A stretch of 64,000 nt of DNA from an uncultured bacterium (GCA_902461945.1 CABPZQ010000001.1:114004-178003); one strand, 5' to 3'. Positions 1-10,462 are shown, numbered from the stretch's first letter. Numbers and translations are program-made. The notes: a model not told the origin generated them from the sequence alone.

Positions 1-95
1 AAAGGCGTATAAGCATTTACAGAGGCAAAGGATTTCTGAATAAAATTACCCAGAAGCTTGACAGCAATTTAACACTTATTCGAACACTCAAAAAC

Positions 96-338
96 GTGGG
101 CACAAAGGATAAACCTAATTTAGTTACAGGAGGCTTGGTGCTCAGAGCTCCAAAAGGTGATCTTTTCGTACATATTGACAGTTGGGGTGAATCTCAAAAA
201 GGTATACACGTTGAAATTGACAGATATGACGGAGATTTTATTACATTCCAGCAAAAATATGACAGCTTTATGCATATGAGACAGGACAAATATTTTATGT
301 ACGTATTAGAAAGAATCACAGGGAAAAAACTTTTATAA
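96..338 (+). CDS. hypothetical protein (80 aa)
   Basis: ORF followed by a strong hairpin terminator. No recognisable motifs. Confidence 0.3.
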   Translation: MGTKDKPNLVTGGLVLRAPKGDLFVHIDSWGESQKGIHVEIDRYDGDFITFQQKYDSFMHMRQDKYFMYVLERITGKKLL

Positions 339-356
339 TATTTAAATAAGAATAAT

Positions 357-406
357 AAAAACGCAAAACAGAAGATATTTATTCTTCTGTTTTGCGTTTT
401 TATTAT
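357..406. terminator. bidirectional rho-independent terminator hairpin
   Basis: aaaaacgcaaaacagaag, 9-nt loop, cttctgttttgcgttttt: an 18-bp perfect stem flanked by A and T runs. Sits between convergent ORFs. Confidence 0.7.
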
Positions 407-421
407 ATCAAAGCTTAAAAA

Positions 422-925
422 TTACCATCTGTTATAGTGAACTCTGGTCATATCACTTCTATCAACAAAATGATTTTTATCCTGACTATATCCTAAAGCA
501 ATAACAGAAAAAGGAATTCTATCGTCCGGCATATTAAAACATTGTCTCACATTATTCACTCTTTCTTCATCCGGATAAAATCCCATCCAGCAGCCTCCAA
601 GTCCTTCTTCTGCAATTTGCAAAAGAATATTCTGCGTACAAGCTCCTAAATCTTGAGGTAAGTATTTAAGCATATCAGAATTTTTCTGATATCCAACAAC
701 AACAATTGCCACAGGAGCTTTTGCTACCATACCTGCCCATGGACTCATCTTGGATAGAGCTTCTCTTTTTTCTTGCTCTGTTACAACAAGAAATTCCCAT
801 GGTTGTAAATTATGTGCCGATGGAGCCTGCATACCTGCTTTTAAAATTCTATCAAGCTTTTCGGCCTCAACAAGTTTGTCTTCAAATCTTCTTATTGAAC
901 GTCTTGTAAAAATAACATTTTCCAT
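422..925 (-). CDS. nitroreductase family oxidoreductase
   Basis: 167 aa. N-terminal RRSIRRF, then HNLQPWEF and GLGGCW motifs typical of NAD(P)H nitroreductases. Confidence 0.8.
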   Translation of the reverse strand: MENVIFTRRSIRRFEDKLVEAEKLDRILKAGMQAPSAHNLQPWEFLVVTEQEKREALSKMSPWAGMVAKAPVAIVVVGYQKNSDMLKYLPQDLGACTQNILLQIAEEGLGGCWMGFYPDEERVNNVRQCFNMPDDRIPFSVIALGYSQDKNHFVDRSDMTRVHYNRW

Positions 926-1028
926 AATACTATACCTCCCTTATTTTATTAATAGCATAAAAATAAAACACACTAAAACAGATAAGTATACACTTACCAC
1001 AGGTTAAGAATAAGAATAAGAATAAATA

Positions 1029-1829
1029 TTACTCCCAGGAATATCTTTTTCCGGTACTTACCTCTTCAATTTTTACAAATTTTGATAGAATAATTTTTGA
1101 TTCCAAATCCGTGCAATGACAAGGGAAAATATGTTTAACATTCTGAGATTTCAAATATTCACCTAATGCGTTAATTTCATCAATACTGCGATTAAGAAGA
1201 TATAACCCTCCAATCATCGTATTAACACGATTTTCACCTGTCACAAACTTAGCATGTTCAATAATATTCTCAACACCACTGTGAGAACACCCTGAAATAA
1301 TAACTAGACCGTCTTTTGACTTATACGCAAGAGCAACCTCATCTGGCGAATAATCTTTTTTAACAGAACCATGTACAGGAATTTCACCCAAATATGTAAG
1401 TTTCGGAGTTAAACGTACTGGTTTTGCAGTTAAAACAAGATTGAAAAACTTTTCTATTTTATCTTTTGTCAAATGGAATGTCTCATCTGAAGCCGAAACC
1501 GCAACATCTGCACTATCCTTAAAGACATCAGGATGTGCAATCACATTCTTTTGCTTAAAATTTATACCGATATATCTAAACTTTTGATATAAAGATTGTA
1601 ATCTTATAAATCCACCAACATGATCAATATGACTATGTGATAAAATAATATCAGTTAACGGCTCTAAATCTAAATTCATTTTATAAGCATTTTTAATAAA
1701 TGCATCACTTGAACCGCAATCAAATAACAGCTTCAATTCAGCTTCTTCAATTAGAAATGACAACCCGTGCTCTGCTATCAAACAATTACCAACACGGGTA
1801 TTATTATCAACCAACACTGTTAAATCCAT
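1029..1829 (-). CDS. MBL-fold metallo-hydrolase
   Basis: 266 aa. HSHIDHVGG metal-binding motif and downstream His/Cys ligands (CHCTD). Confidence 0.75.
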   Translation of the reverse strand: MDLTVLVDNNTRVGNCLIAEHGLSFLIEEAELKLLFDCGSSDAFIKNAYKMNLDLEPLTDIILSHSHIDHVGGFIRLQSLYQKFRYIGINFKQKNVIAHPDVFKDSADVAVSASDETFHLTKDKIEKFFNLVLTAKPVRLTPKLTYLGEIPVHGSVKKDYSPDEVALAYKSKDGLVIISGCSHSGVENIIEHAKFVTGENRVNTMIGGLYLLNRSIDEINALGEYLKSQNVKHIFPCHCTDLESKIILSKFVKIEEVSTGKRYSWE

Positions 1830-2076
1830 GCATATATTTTAAATTATTTTTCAAATACTGTCAATCATTATAAAGAATTAGTATAAGGACTTTCGGATAT
1901 TCGATACCTTGAAGTGTTTAAATTTGCTGGAATTGAAGACACATCTTCAACACCAAGCAGCTGCTACAATTGTAACATTTATTAACAAACATTACTGTCT
2001 ATAGAGTTAGAAACCCTGCAAACTAGAGAATTTACCCCCTTACATTAAATGTGAGATGGTAAAAGGAGAGTTAAGC

Positions 2077-2189
2077 CTGCACGAGCAGAGGGCGAGAACA
2101 TAGTGGAATCCCGTTTAATGCGAATGCCGAGATGTAGACACTCTGAGGGCGTGTGCGACCGAAGAATCTTTTATTACTGTTATGTTTAT
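2077..2189 (+). repeat. dispersed GC-rich intergenic repeat, copy A (about 112 bp)
   Basis: About 88% identical to 51204..51314 in the same orientation. Contains the modules gagcagagggcga, cccgtttaatgcga and cgaagaatcttttattactgtt. Confidence 0.7.
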
Positions 2190-2202
2190 AAGAAGTTTTT
2201 GT

Positions 2203-3477
2203 TTATATTAAAGGACCGCCGTATTTTTTGTACAAATCCATAACTTCTTTTGGAAATTTTTCGCCTTTAACTAAGTATGAAAATGTTTCTGCAACAAATT
2301 CATTTGGCGAACTGGCAGCGTAACCAGATACCAATTTTGCTATTCTTTGCTCTTCCGGATTGGCAAGAAAATCTTTAAGCATTTTTGTTGGCTGCAGGTT
2401 AAACTGCTTATAGACATTCAAGGTGTGACATTGATCACATAAAGCATAAGACTTCTGATGCGCTAAGTGTCCTAACTCATGAAAAATATAACGCTCACTG
2501 CCAACAAATTTACCACGAAACATACCATCAAAACAGAATTTTTTACCCGTAATTCTATTGACTTCCTCAGCTAATCTGATAGCATGATTTGTAAGTTCTT
2601 TCTTTGGAAGCGCTAACATTTCATCCAGACTAAATACTTTATCATCAATGTGCAATAATCCATTCTTAGGTACAAAATTTTTATAGTAGAAATTGACAAC
2701 TTCTTCGGGATGACCTTTAAGAATATAGGTATTGAGCCAAATGTTGTGGGTAAGTAATTGTTTAAAATTACTTTTTTGAACAATGTTAAGCTTACCCTGT
2801 TTATATAAATTATAGTATTTGTTTGTTATGTTTATATATCCATTCTTGGTGTAAGTCTCGATTTTGTCATCTTGCAACCACTTTGGCAAATCTTCTTTTA
2901 TGTATTCATCAATATTGTTGAAATAATTTTTATTAATTATCAAGTCCTTATCTTTGACATACATTATCGCACTTGTATTATTTTCAATTGCTTTATAAAA
3001 CACATTATCAGGTAGAACAGCTTTGCCTTTGGTCTTGTTAACAACTTTAGACATTCCTTTATTAACCCAGTTTGCTATCTCCAAATTATCAACACTATAT
3101 GTTTTTATCCCAAAGTGTGTTTTAGCAAACTGAGCCGCCTCTTCAACTGTTTGCGCGGGTTTAAATTTAATATGCTTAGCGAGTTTTGTTGCCTCTTGTT
3201 TTGCCGCACCGATTTTACCTTTGATAGCTAGATATGCAATACCTCCAATAGTTGCAGCAATACCCAAATCTTTTAGAATTTTTTTAGTCTTACTAGTTGT
3301 TGATTTAACATTACCATTCACAATACTGTCCTGCGCAGGCTGTTGAAAATTGTTGTTATTAAACACAGAAAAACCATTTTGCGCAAAACTATTACCAAAA
3401 GATAAGCGTTTGTTGTATGGATTACCATACACATTCATATTTGGATTTGAATAATAACTTACAGAGTAAAATGACAC
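2203..3477 (-). CDS. membrane-anchored putative zinc metallopeptidase (HExxH...NEFVAE)
   Basis: 424 aa. N/Y/Q-rich N-terminus, one TM helix (LGIAATIGGIAYLAI), then FHELGHLAH followed about 50 aa later by NEFVAETF. This resembles gluzincin-type third-ligand motifs. Confidence 0.5.
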   Translation of the reverse strand: MSFYSVSYYSNPNMNVYGNPYNKRLSFGNSFAQNGFSVFNNNNFQQPAQDSIVNGNVKSTTSKTKKILKDLGIAATIGGIAYLAIKGKIGAAKQEATKLAKHIKFKPAQTVEEAAQFAKTHFGIKTYSVDNLEIANWVNKGMSKVVNKTKGKAVLPDNVFYKAIENNTSAIMYVKDKDLIINKNYFNNIDEYIKEDLPKWLQDDKIETYTKNGYINITNKYYNLYKQGKLNIVQKSNFKQLLTHNIWLNTYILKGHPEEVVNFYYKNFVPKNGLLHIDDKVFSLDEMLALPKKELTNHAIRLAEEVNRITGKKFCFDGMFRGKFVGSERYIFHELGHLAHQKSYALCDQCHTLNVYKQFNLQPTKMLKDFLANPEEQRIAKLVSGYAASSPNEFVAETFSYLVKGEKFPKEVMDLYKKYGGPLI

Positions 3478-3568
3478 TAGTACCTACTTTTTCTTTTTAT
3501 TTTCCACTTACTTATATAATAAACATTAACGCTAAAAAAATTGCTAATTAGGTTAATAAATTCCTAAT

Positions 3569-4939
3569 TTATTTATAAATAATTTCATTTAAACTATTCA
3601 TAATATTATAAATATCCTGCCTGATTTCATAAAACCCAAATCGGTACGTTATATTTGCCTGATTACTATAACAACCGTTTAAATATTTATAAATACCACG
3701 AAGATCCTTATACAAAGATTGAACTTTCATATTATCAGAAATCTTAGATAAATTCTTAGAAGCCAGATTAATAAAAAATTTATTAATCTCAATAATATCA
3801 TTTCTTAAATCGCTTTGATACTGAGAATTAACATCATGCCAGAGTTCAACATTTTGATTTGGAGCTACAGGGCTAAACATATTTTCATCATACGATTTAT
3901 TTTTAAACTTAAGCTTTGGTGGCTTTGTATTACTCAACGCAGTATCCAACAGGTGAAACATCATCAATTTTTCATTTCCCTGAAATTTTGTAATAACGTT
4001 ATTTTGATCAGCATTTAATGTTTCATCAAAAGACTCCGCTCTTCCGACAAGAGAAAAACATTTATATTTAGATTGCAATAACTCTTCTTCGCACAAATTA
4101 GAAAAAGTTCCTACAGATTCTAACAGCTCTTTATCAATATATTTTTCGGAATTTTCTATACTATCTATGGCTTTTAAGATATCTACAGAATATATATTTT
4201 TCTTTTTATTGCCCCAGATTAAATCGGATTTAAATAATTGATCAACCCCAAGTAAAGATTCTCCAGTAAAACAATAATCCGTCAGTATATAATTTTTCCC
4301 AGAATTTTCAATATCACTCCTGCTCAAATTGTTTGCCGACAAATATTTTAAAAATTTATCAAAACCAGCTTCTGTTTCAACTCTTTTTAAAAATAGTTTA
4401 TACGCATCAAGCTCCAAATTCCTACTATAAAACCTGCCTGCACTACTAAGCGGAATATTTTTAACATTTTCCTCGCCAATTTTTAACCCTAAAACTTTCC
4501 CTATAGTCGAAACTGATCTTCCAATAGGTACAACAACATAATTATTTTTCCCAAATCTGCTATCAAAAACTGTTTTCAAACAATCAGCCGCAAGATTATG
4601 AATTTCACCAATTCCATCATAATATAAATTCAAATTACAAAAATCATATTCATCACGAAGTCTGCTGCAATCTTTTGCAGACAACTTCATGTACTCTCCT
4701 GCAGTATAATTTTTAAAATTCGTCAACGGATTTCGAAATAATTGAATTAAATAATTATTCATCCATGAGCCTGTAAATTGAACATCTTTCACAGGTTCTG
4801 AAACCTGAGGATTCTCTCTATTTATATTTGACTTAGGGGGTACTGACTTATAGTATGAATTGCTATAAGTGTATATAACTGGGATTCTCATAAATATTTT
4901 AAATCCCGTAAAAAATAATTTTGCTATTATAAATAGCAA
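3569..4939 (-). CDS. hypothetical protein (456 aa); start may be internal (MRIPVIY...)
   Basis: Long ORF with a Y/S/N-rich N-terminus similar in composition to the neighbouring gene. No known motifs. Confidence 0.5.
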   Translation of the reverse strand: MLFIIAKLFFTGFKIFMRIPVIYTYSNSYYKSVPPKSNINRENPQVSEPVKDVQFTGSWMNNYLIQLFRNPLTNFKNYTAGEYMKLSAKDCSRLRDEYDFCNLNLYYDGIGEIHNLAADCLKTVFDSRFGKNNYVVVPIGRSVSTIGKVLGLKIGEENVKNIPLSSAGRFYSRNLELDAYKLFLKRVETEAGFDKFLKYLSANNLSRSDIENSGKNYILTDYCFTGESLLGVDQLFKSDLIWGNKKKNIYSVDILKAIDSIENSEKYIDKELLESVGTFSNLCEEELLQSKYKCFSLVGRAESFDETLNADQNNVITKFQGNEKLMMFHLLDTALSNTKPPKLKFKNKSYDENMFSPVAPNQNVELWHDVNSQYQSDLRNDIIEINKFFINLASKNLSKISDNMKVQSLYKDLRGIYKYLNGCYSNQANITYRFGFYEIRQDIYNIMNSLNEIIYK

Positions 4940-4974
4940 AATTATTTAATTTGTATTTTCTAAAAAATCTAATC

Positions 4975-6324
4975 CTACACTATACCTTGAGCCGACATAG
5001 CAGTTGCAAGTTTTTTAAAAGCTGCAATATTAGCCCCTGCAACATAATTTCCGCTGCAGCCATATGTATCTGCAGCCTCTTTACATGAGGTGAATATGTT
5101 AACCATAATTCTTTCTAATTTTGCCTCTACTTCTTCAAATGTATAATAAAATCTCATACTATTTTGAGACATTTCAATTGCTGAAGTTGCAACACCGCCG
5201 GCATTTGCTGCTTTTGCAGGAGCTACGAGAACACCATTTTCGAGCAAATAATTTGTAGCTTCCAGCGTACAAGGCATATTTGCACCTTCCCCAACAGCTA
5301 ATACCCCATTTTGAACTAATATTTTAGCTGAATTCAAAGTCAATTCATTTTGAGTGGCACAAGGTAATGCGATATCTGTTTTTATAGTCCAAACCGGAGA
5401 ATCATCTGATGTTTTTTCAATATAAACAGCTTCAGGATGAATATTTAAATATTCTTTTATTCTGCCTCTATTTACTTCCTTAATTTGTTTTATCGCTTCT
5501 ATATCAATGCCTTTTTCATCATAAATACAACCATTAGAATCACTCATTGCAACAACTTTTGCACCAAGTGCAGCTGCTTTTTGACAAGCATAAATTGCAA
5601 CATTACCGGAACCTGAAATAGTAACCGTTTTACCCTGGAGAGTATTATTGTTCGCTTTCAGCATTTCCCGCATGAAAAATATCAAACCATAGCCTGTGGC
5701 TTCTTTTCTAGCCAGAGAACCGCCGTAACAAACATCTTTACCTGTTAAAACTCCGCCCTCATAAGCATTTCTAATTCTCTTATATTGACCGAACAAATAA
5801 CCTATTTCTCTTCCGCCAACACCGATATCCCCTGCCGGAACATCAACATCCTGACCTATATGTCTGTATAATTCAGTCATAAAACTCTGGCAAAAGCGCA
5901 TAATTTCATTATCAGATTTTCCTTTAGGGTCGAAATCACTTCCCCCTTTAGCTCCACCAATTGGAAGACCGGTTAAAGCATTTTTAAAAATTTGTTCAAA
6001 ACCAAGAAATTTCATAATACTCTGGTTTACACTCGGATGAAAACGAAGCCCACCCTTGTACGGACCTAAAAGGGAGCTGAACTGAACTCTATACCCTCTG
6101 TTAACATTTACATTTCCATTATCATCAATCCAGGGAACTCTGAATGCAATAATTCTTTCAGGCTCTAACATCCTTTCAAGCAGTGCAATCTTTTCATACT
6201 CTTGATGTACATCCATCACAGGTTCTATAGATTTCAAAACCTCCTCAACTGCCTGTAAAAATTCAGGTTCATGCATATTCTTTTGTTCAGTCATTTCTAT
6301 AACTTTTTTAACATATTCATTCAT
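4975..6324 (-). CDS. gdhA: NADP-specific glutamate dehydrogenase
   Basis: GDH signatures LPIGGAKGGSDFDPKGKSD and the Rossmann motif GSGNVA. Start moved to MNEYVKK, which has an AGGCGG RBS 9 nt upstream. The ORF-track start at 6354 has no RBS. Confidence 0.9.
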   Translation of the reverse strand: MNEYVKKVIEMTEQKNMHEPEFLQAVEEVLKSIEPVMDVHQEYEKIALLERMLEPERIIAFRVPWIDDNGNVNVNRGYRVQFSSLLGPYKGGLRFHPSVNQSIMKFLGFEQIFKNALTGLPIGGAKGGSDFDPKGKSDNEIMRFCQSFMTELYRHIGQDVDVPAGDIGVGGREIGYLFGQYKRIRNAYEGGVLTGKDVCYGGSLARKEATGYGLIFFMREMLKANNNTLQGKTVTISGSGNVAIYACQKAAALGAKVVAMSDSNGCIYDEKGIDIEAIKQIKEVNRGRIKEYLNIHPEAVYIEKTSDDSPVWTIKTDIALPCATQNELTLNSAKILVQNGVLAVGEGANMPCTLEATNYLLENGVLVAPAKAANAGGVATSAIEMSQNSMRFYYTFEEVEAKLERIMVNIFTSCKEAADTYGCSGNYVAGANIAAFKKLATAMSAQGIV

Positions 6325-6495
6325 CGTTTCATACCGCCTAAAATTTATTAACATTTAATTACATATTATATTGTAAATTATACAATTGCAAATAAAAAGA
6401 TTCCCATATATTTACATAAAATTAATACAAATATTACCAACAAGCCACAATAAAAAAAATATATTATAATACTGAAAAAACAAAGAGGTTAGAAT

Positions 6496-7194
6496 ATGCT
6501 AAAAAAACTTATATTACTATTTGGAATTTTATCACTTTCACTCCAGACAAATGCGATTACCGTAGAACAACAGCTAAATACAGAAAATACAATTCAGTCA
6601 AGAATTGATAAAATAGGCACTGACATTTTAAATTACAATAAAATTCCAAAAAGAATAGTTTTTACCTACGATAAAAAAGAGAAAAAATCCCTTTTGTCTA
6701 TTGATAAAGTTTTAACAAAAAGACAAATAATAGTTTATGACGGATTGTACCAATCCGTTCAAACAGATGATGAACTTGCGGCAATGTTAGCCCGCGAAAT
6801 ATCAACTGCATTAAAAACATATAGCGGAATCTGGGGAGGTACACTTGATACAATTCAAGTGGCTCTTGGCTCAAAAAAGTTTGAAACAGTATCCGATAAA
6901 AGAGCCGTTGATTACATGGTTAACGCCGGCTACAATCCTCTGGCTCTAATTATTTATATAAATAAAACATGCCCGCAAAAACGTTTTGATAAATTTTCAA
7001 GACACAATCTGACTTCAAAAAGACTTGCCAGAATATACGAATATATAACCTACAAATATCCTCAATATCTTGAAGAAAATGAATTTATAAATAACGAATA
7101 TTACCAAAACTTTCTACTAACATCCGTTGAAAACAGAAGAAAATTAGAAGAAAAAATTCAAAACAATTCAAATGAGGAAATTAAATATGAATAA
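6496..7194 (+). CDS. secreted M48-like protein with degenerate active site
   Basis: Signal peptide. DDELAAMLAREISTAL lies where M48 peptidases carry HEXXH (here AREIS). A downstream block RAVDYMVNAGYNPLAL is also M48-like. Confidence 0.5.
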   Translation: MLKKLILLFGILSLSLQTNAITVEQQLNTENTIQSRIDKIGTDILNYNKIPKRIVFTYDKKEKKSLLSIDKVLTKRQIIVYDGLYQSVQTDDELAAMLAREISTALKTYSGIWGGTLDTIQVALGSKKFETVSDKRAVDYMVNAGYNPLALIIYINKTCPQKRFDKFSRHNLTSKRLARIYEYITYKYPQYLEENEFINNEYYQNFLLTSVENRRKLEEKIQNNSNEEIKYE

Positions 7195-7744
7195 ATTCAT
7201 CTTATCATTACTAACATTTATTCTTATTTTTTGTCAGACAAATTGTGTTTTTGCCAAATCGAATATAAACACACCAGAACCTGAACAAACCATTCAAACT
7301 ACTCTGCCATACAATTATCAGGATACAGAATATATTCCAATACATCTATCTATAACTAAAGAAATTTCAACAAGAGAAAATCATATTGAAGGAGAAATAT
7401 TAGAATTCCGTGTATTAAAAGATGTAATTTATAACAACCAAACAATATTACAAAAAGGAGATATTGTAAAAGCAAAATTGGAAACAATTATTACAAGCGG
7501 AATGAACGGTTTCCCAGCTGAAATAATTGTCGATAATTTTCAAATACCAGATGTAAAACAATCACAATTATTAAGTGCTTACACAAAAAAAGGGCAAAAC
7601 AGATGTCTCTGGGTTTATCCTTTAAAATGGTCTCTTACTTTGATTCCTTTTGTCGGCTCTCTAACAAACCTTATTATGGGAGGAGAAGCAATAATCAAAA
7701 CGACAGATATCATAACAATATATTACTTTCCAAATTGGAAATAA
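7187..7744 (+). CDS. secreted hypothetical protein
   Basis: Signal peptide MNKFILSLLTFILIFCQTNCVFA. GAGGAAA RBS 6 nt upstream of the ATG at 7187. Confidence 0.5.
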   Translation: MNKFILSLLTFILIFCQTNCVFAKSNINTPEPEQTIQTTLPYNYQDTEYIPIHLSITKEISTRENHIEGEILEFRVLKDVIYNNQTILQKGDIVKAKLETIITSGMNGFPAEIIVDNFQIPDVKQSQLLSAYTKKGQNRCLWVYPLKWSLTLIPFVGSLTNLIMGGEAIIKTTDIITIYYFPNWK

Positions 7745-7853
7745 AAAATAATGCAAAAAAATAATAACCTAAATTTGTAAAAAAATTTATTACCCGATTG
7801 TATTAACATAATAGCTAATTATTTTCCAATCATAAACTATATAATTATATATT

Positions 7854-9167
7854 ATGAATGAAGTTAATGAATTATTAAAAGCACTTGGAAAAGATACAAA
7901 ACTACAGCCGGATGAATGGACAAAAGAACATATATATACTTCCGGAAATAAAAAATGGATTGCTAATATTGTTCCATCACAACTCTTAAAAAGAGAGGTT
8001 AAAAGTGCAATAGAATCACTTATGACTCTGAATGAAAATAATATATTTTTTGACATATTCCCGGATAATGTTCAAACTCCTGATTACGGAGACAAATGGG
8101 GAGTCCATGCAAACTACATTGAAATTAATAATCGAGCAATAGCCGAAATGCATGGCAACAGAACAAAAAATGGAATTTTAAGTTCTATAAAAATCTTACC
8201 TGCAATTCCACCCTCTGCAAAAAGCTGGGCAAATTGCGTGATATTATCCCAAATATTTCCAAATATATTTGGAGATGGATACAACAAAGCTCCAAATGAA
8301 GAAAATTCCATATATGGAATCAAATTAAATGCTAACTATAGTGAAAATATTATAGACTTTGATATTGCAGACAAGATTTCCCCTGAAAAACAATTTAAAG
8401 CATTTAATCTGCTGGCAAATCTACATGGTCTAAAAACAGGTTTTCGCACAGTAATCTCTGCTGATCAAATAAAAATAGCTCATCCTAATAGCAATGATAA
8501 AAGTTTTGACTGGGATAATCCGGAACATCAGGAATTATTTATTAACGAACACGTCAAACTTATAAATCTGGGTTTTGAAGCCATTTTTATAGACTCGGCA
8601 AAACACATAGGCGGTTATGAAATGGAAAACTACGCAGGAGTCGGCGCATTACCGGGCTATGAACAAATGCAGTATATATTACACGAAATCAGAAAACGCT
8701 CAGGTAAAACTACTCTAAGTTTTGCAGGAGAAAAAAGTACCGGAGATTTTGAACGTTACAAAAATCTAGGTTTAACAACCGGAACAGCATTTATAGAACC
8801 TGAAAATTATGACGAAGTCAAAAACTGGTCTAAAAAACTCAAATACAATAGAGAATACGCCCCTGGTGTTGAAATCTCGAATGATAACGACGAGGGTGGA
8901 AGAAGTTTTGAAGATAGGCTAAAAAGAATCAATGCATCACTGTTTGGCTATGAATATCCAAGCGACAAACTGCCCAGTTTTATGCAAATGGAAGATATAT
9001 TCCCACTGCGATATGATACCAGCACACACCATTTAATGATGACCAATCCCTCATACTCCACTGATGGAAGTCCACAAAGCCATTGGGAAAACCTATTTAC
9101 AAAAGATGACGGAAAAAATTACAATTCAAAAGTTGCAGATTTATTTATTTACACCCTAAATTTATAA
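7854..9167 (+). CDS. hypothetical protein (437 aa), weak GH13-like motif
   Basis: LGFEAIFIDSAKHIGG loosely resembles alpha-amylase region II (GFRxDAAKH). No signal peptide. Confidence 0.45.
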   Translation: MNEVNELLKALGKDTKLQPDEWTKEHIYTSGNKKWIANIVPSQLLKREVKSAIESLMTLNENNIFFDIFPDNVQTPDYGDKWGVHANYIEINNRAIAEMHGNRTKNGILSSIKILPAIPPSAKSWANCVILSQIFPNIFGDGYNKAPNEENSIYGIKLNANYSENIIDFDIADKISPEKQFKAFNLLANLHGLKTGFRTVISADQIKIAHPNSNDKSFDWDNPEHQELFINEHVKLINLGFEAIFIDSAKHIGGYEMENYAGVGALPGYEQMQYILHEIRKRSGKTTLSFAGEKSTGDFERYKNLGLTTGTAFIEPENYDEVKNWSKKLKYNREYAPGVEISNDNDEGGRSFEDRLKRINASLFGYEYPSDKLPSFMQMEDIFPLRYDTSTHHLMMTNPSYSTDGSPQSHWENLFTKDDGKNYNSKVADLFIYTLNL

Positions 9168-9179
9168 ATTTAATAATTT

Positions 9180-9213
9180 CTGCGCAAGCATTTAAAAATA
9201 AATGCTTGCGCAG
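9180..9213. terminator. GC-rich hairpin between convergent genes
   Basis: ctgcgcaagcattt, 6-nt loop, aaatgcttgcgcag: a 14-bp perfect stem. The U-tract is weak. Confidence 0.5.
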
Positions 9214-9236
9214 AAGCCATCAAATATATAATTATC

Positions 9237-9527
9237 TTATATATCTTTATGATTTATAGCTTTATAACCTGTAAAAACACCTGCTGCAGCTCCAATAGTC
9301 CCATTTATAACCAGAGAATTCTTCATTGGAGACTTGAAAAAGCTAAATTTTCGTGACACATAATCCAACGCCACACCAAACCCAAACCAAGCACCGGCTG
9401 TATTAATTCCCTGTGTTAGAGGGCTTGTAGAAACAGTTGCAGATTGAGTTTTAGTTTTTGATTGAGTACGTCCGCGAAAGTTCACAGACGGGTTATAGCC
9501 GATGTTGTATACCTTCATTTTAATCAC
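9237..9527 (-). CDS. small glycine-zipper protein (96 aa)
   Basis: C-terminal GTIGAAAGVFTGY is a GxxxGxxxG glycine-zipper motif. Confidence 0.4.
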   Translation of the reverse strand: MIKMKVYNIGYNPSVNFRGRTQSKTKTQSATVSTSPLTQGINTAGAWFGFGVALDYVSRKFSFFKSPMKNSLVINGTIGAAAGVFTGYKAINHKDI

Positions 9528-9584
9528 TTCACAAGTTAAATGTATATCAAATTTCTCAAGAAAAAAGAGCCCTTAGGCTCATAA

Positions 9585-9660
9585 TGGCTGGGGCGGAAGG
9601 ATTCGAACCTCCGAGATGGCTGGACCAAAACCAGCTGCCTTACCACTTGGCGACGCCCCA
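9585..9660 (-). tRNA. tRNA-Gln (anticodon TTG)
   Basis: Reverse complement reads TGGGGCGTCGCCAAGTGGTAAGGCAGCTGGTTTTGGTCCAGCC...GGTTCGAATCC...CGCCCCAGCCA. This is a cloverleaf with anticodon loop TTTTGGT and an encoded CCA end. The stem sequences closely resemble E. coli tRNA-Gln. Confidence 0.85.
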
Positions 9661-9779
9661 ATATTTAGTGGTCATACCTATATTCTATATGATAAAAATT
9701 TATTGTCAATAATTTATTTAAGAGATTTATATAAAAGTTTCCACTAACAATGATTAAATGTCAGATTACACCTCACTCA

Positions 9780-9990
9780 GACTTCAATCACCCAAATGAG
9801 ATTCCGAACAAAATTCAGAATAGCAGTGCTCGCCGGAGCGGATTTTGACAGACGTAAAACGTCCATCGCGAGAGCGCTGTTTAAGTAGTCGGACTGCCAG
9901 CAATCCAAAAACGGGGTATTTGCCACAGCGGTTTACTCATAACATCAACGTCTCAGCTCCGCAAGGGTCCTATCCCTCTGCTCATACAGA
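9780..9990 (-). repeat. GC-rich intergenic island carrying repeat modules
   Basis: Read on the minus strand it contains gtcattcctag, gagcagaggg, cccttgcggagctga and ttcggaatct. The same modules occur at 2077, 45700 and 51000-51700. Confidence 0.55.
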
Positions 9991-10051
9991 CTAGGAATGA
10001 CAATAAAATTATTTTTTAATCAATATTTGATAAAAATCATATATATACTTA

Positions 10052-10462
10052 TTATTTCAACGTCATACCAAATAAAATAGATTTTAATTTTTCTAAAGAC
10101 GTTTTCTTTTCTAAAGCCTCTGCAGCTAAGAGTAAATACGCCGTTTTATCATCACTAACTGCCAATTTCTGGATTATTTTATTTAACTTTGAATAATTTT
10201 GTTTAAACTTCAAAATGCTATCTGATGTCATATTTTCACAATTATTAACAGAATCTTCAAACGTAAATAAATCTTTATAAGAAACATTTAAAGCTTTACA
10301 AAGTTTTTCCAGAGTCTCTGCAGTTACAAAACTATCACCGGACTCTATACGTGCCAGCTGTCGAATATCTATATCCACAAGTTCTGACAAGCATTCTTGA
10401 GTCATATTATAATATTGTCTTAATAATTTTACCTGTTTACCGAACTGCTCTTTTAAAGGCAT
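10052..10462 (-). CDS. XRE-family HTH transcriptional regulator
   Basis: HTH: MTQECLSELVDIDIRQLARIESG. AGGAGA RBS. Divergent from the pilin-like gene at 10605. Confidence 0.75.
   Translation of the reverse strand: MPLKEQFGKQVKLLRQYYNMTQECLSELVDIDIRQLARIESGDSFVTAETLEKLCKALNVSYKDLFTFEDSVNNCENMTSDSILKFKQNYSKLNKIIQKLAVSDDKTAYLLLAAEALEKKTSLEKLKSILFGMTLK

Noticed and set aside
9661-10050. tmRNA, RNase P RNA or SRP RNA next to tRNA-Gln
   Set aside because: I could not find the conserved cores: the tmRNA tag and tRNA-like end, the RNase P P4 motifs, or SRP domain IV. The island is better explained by the repeat-module family.
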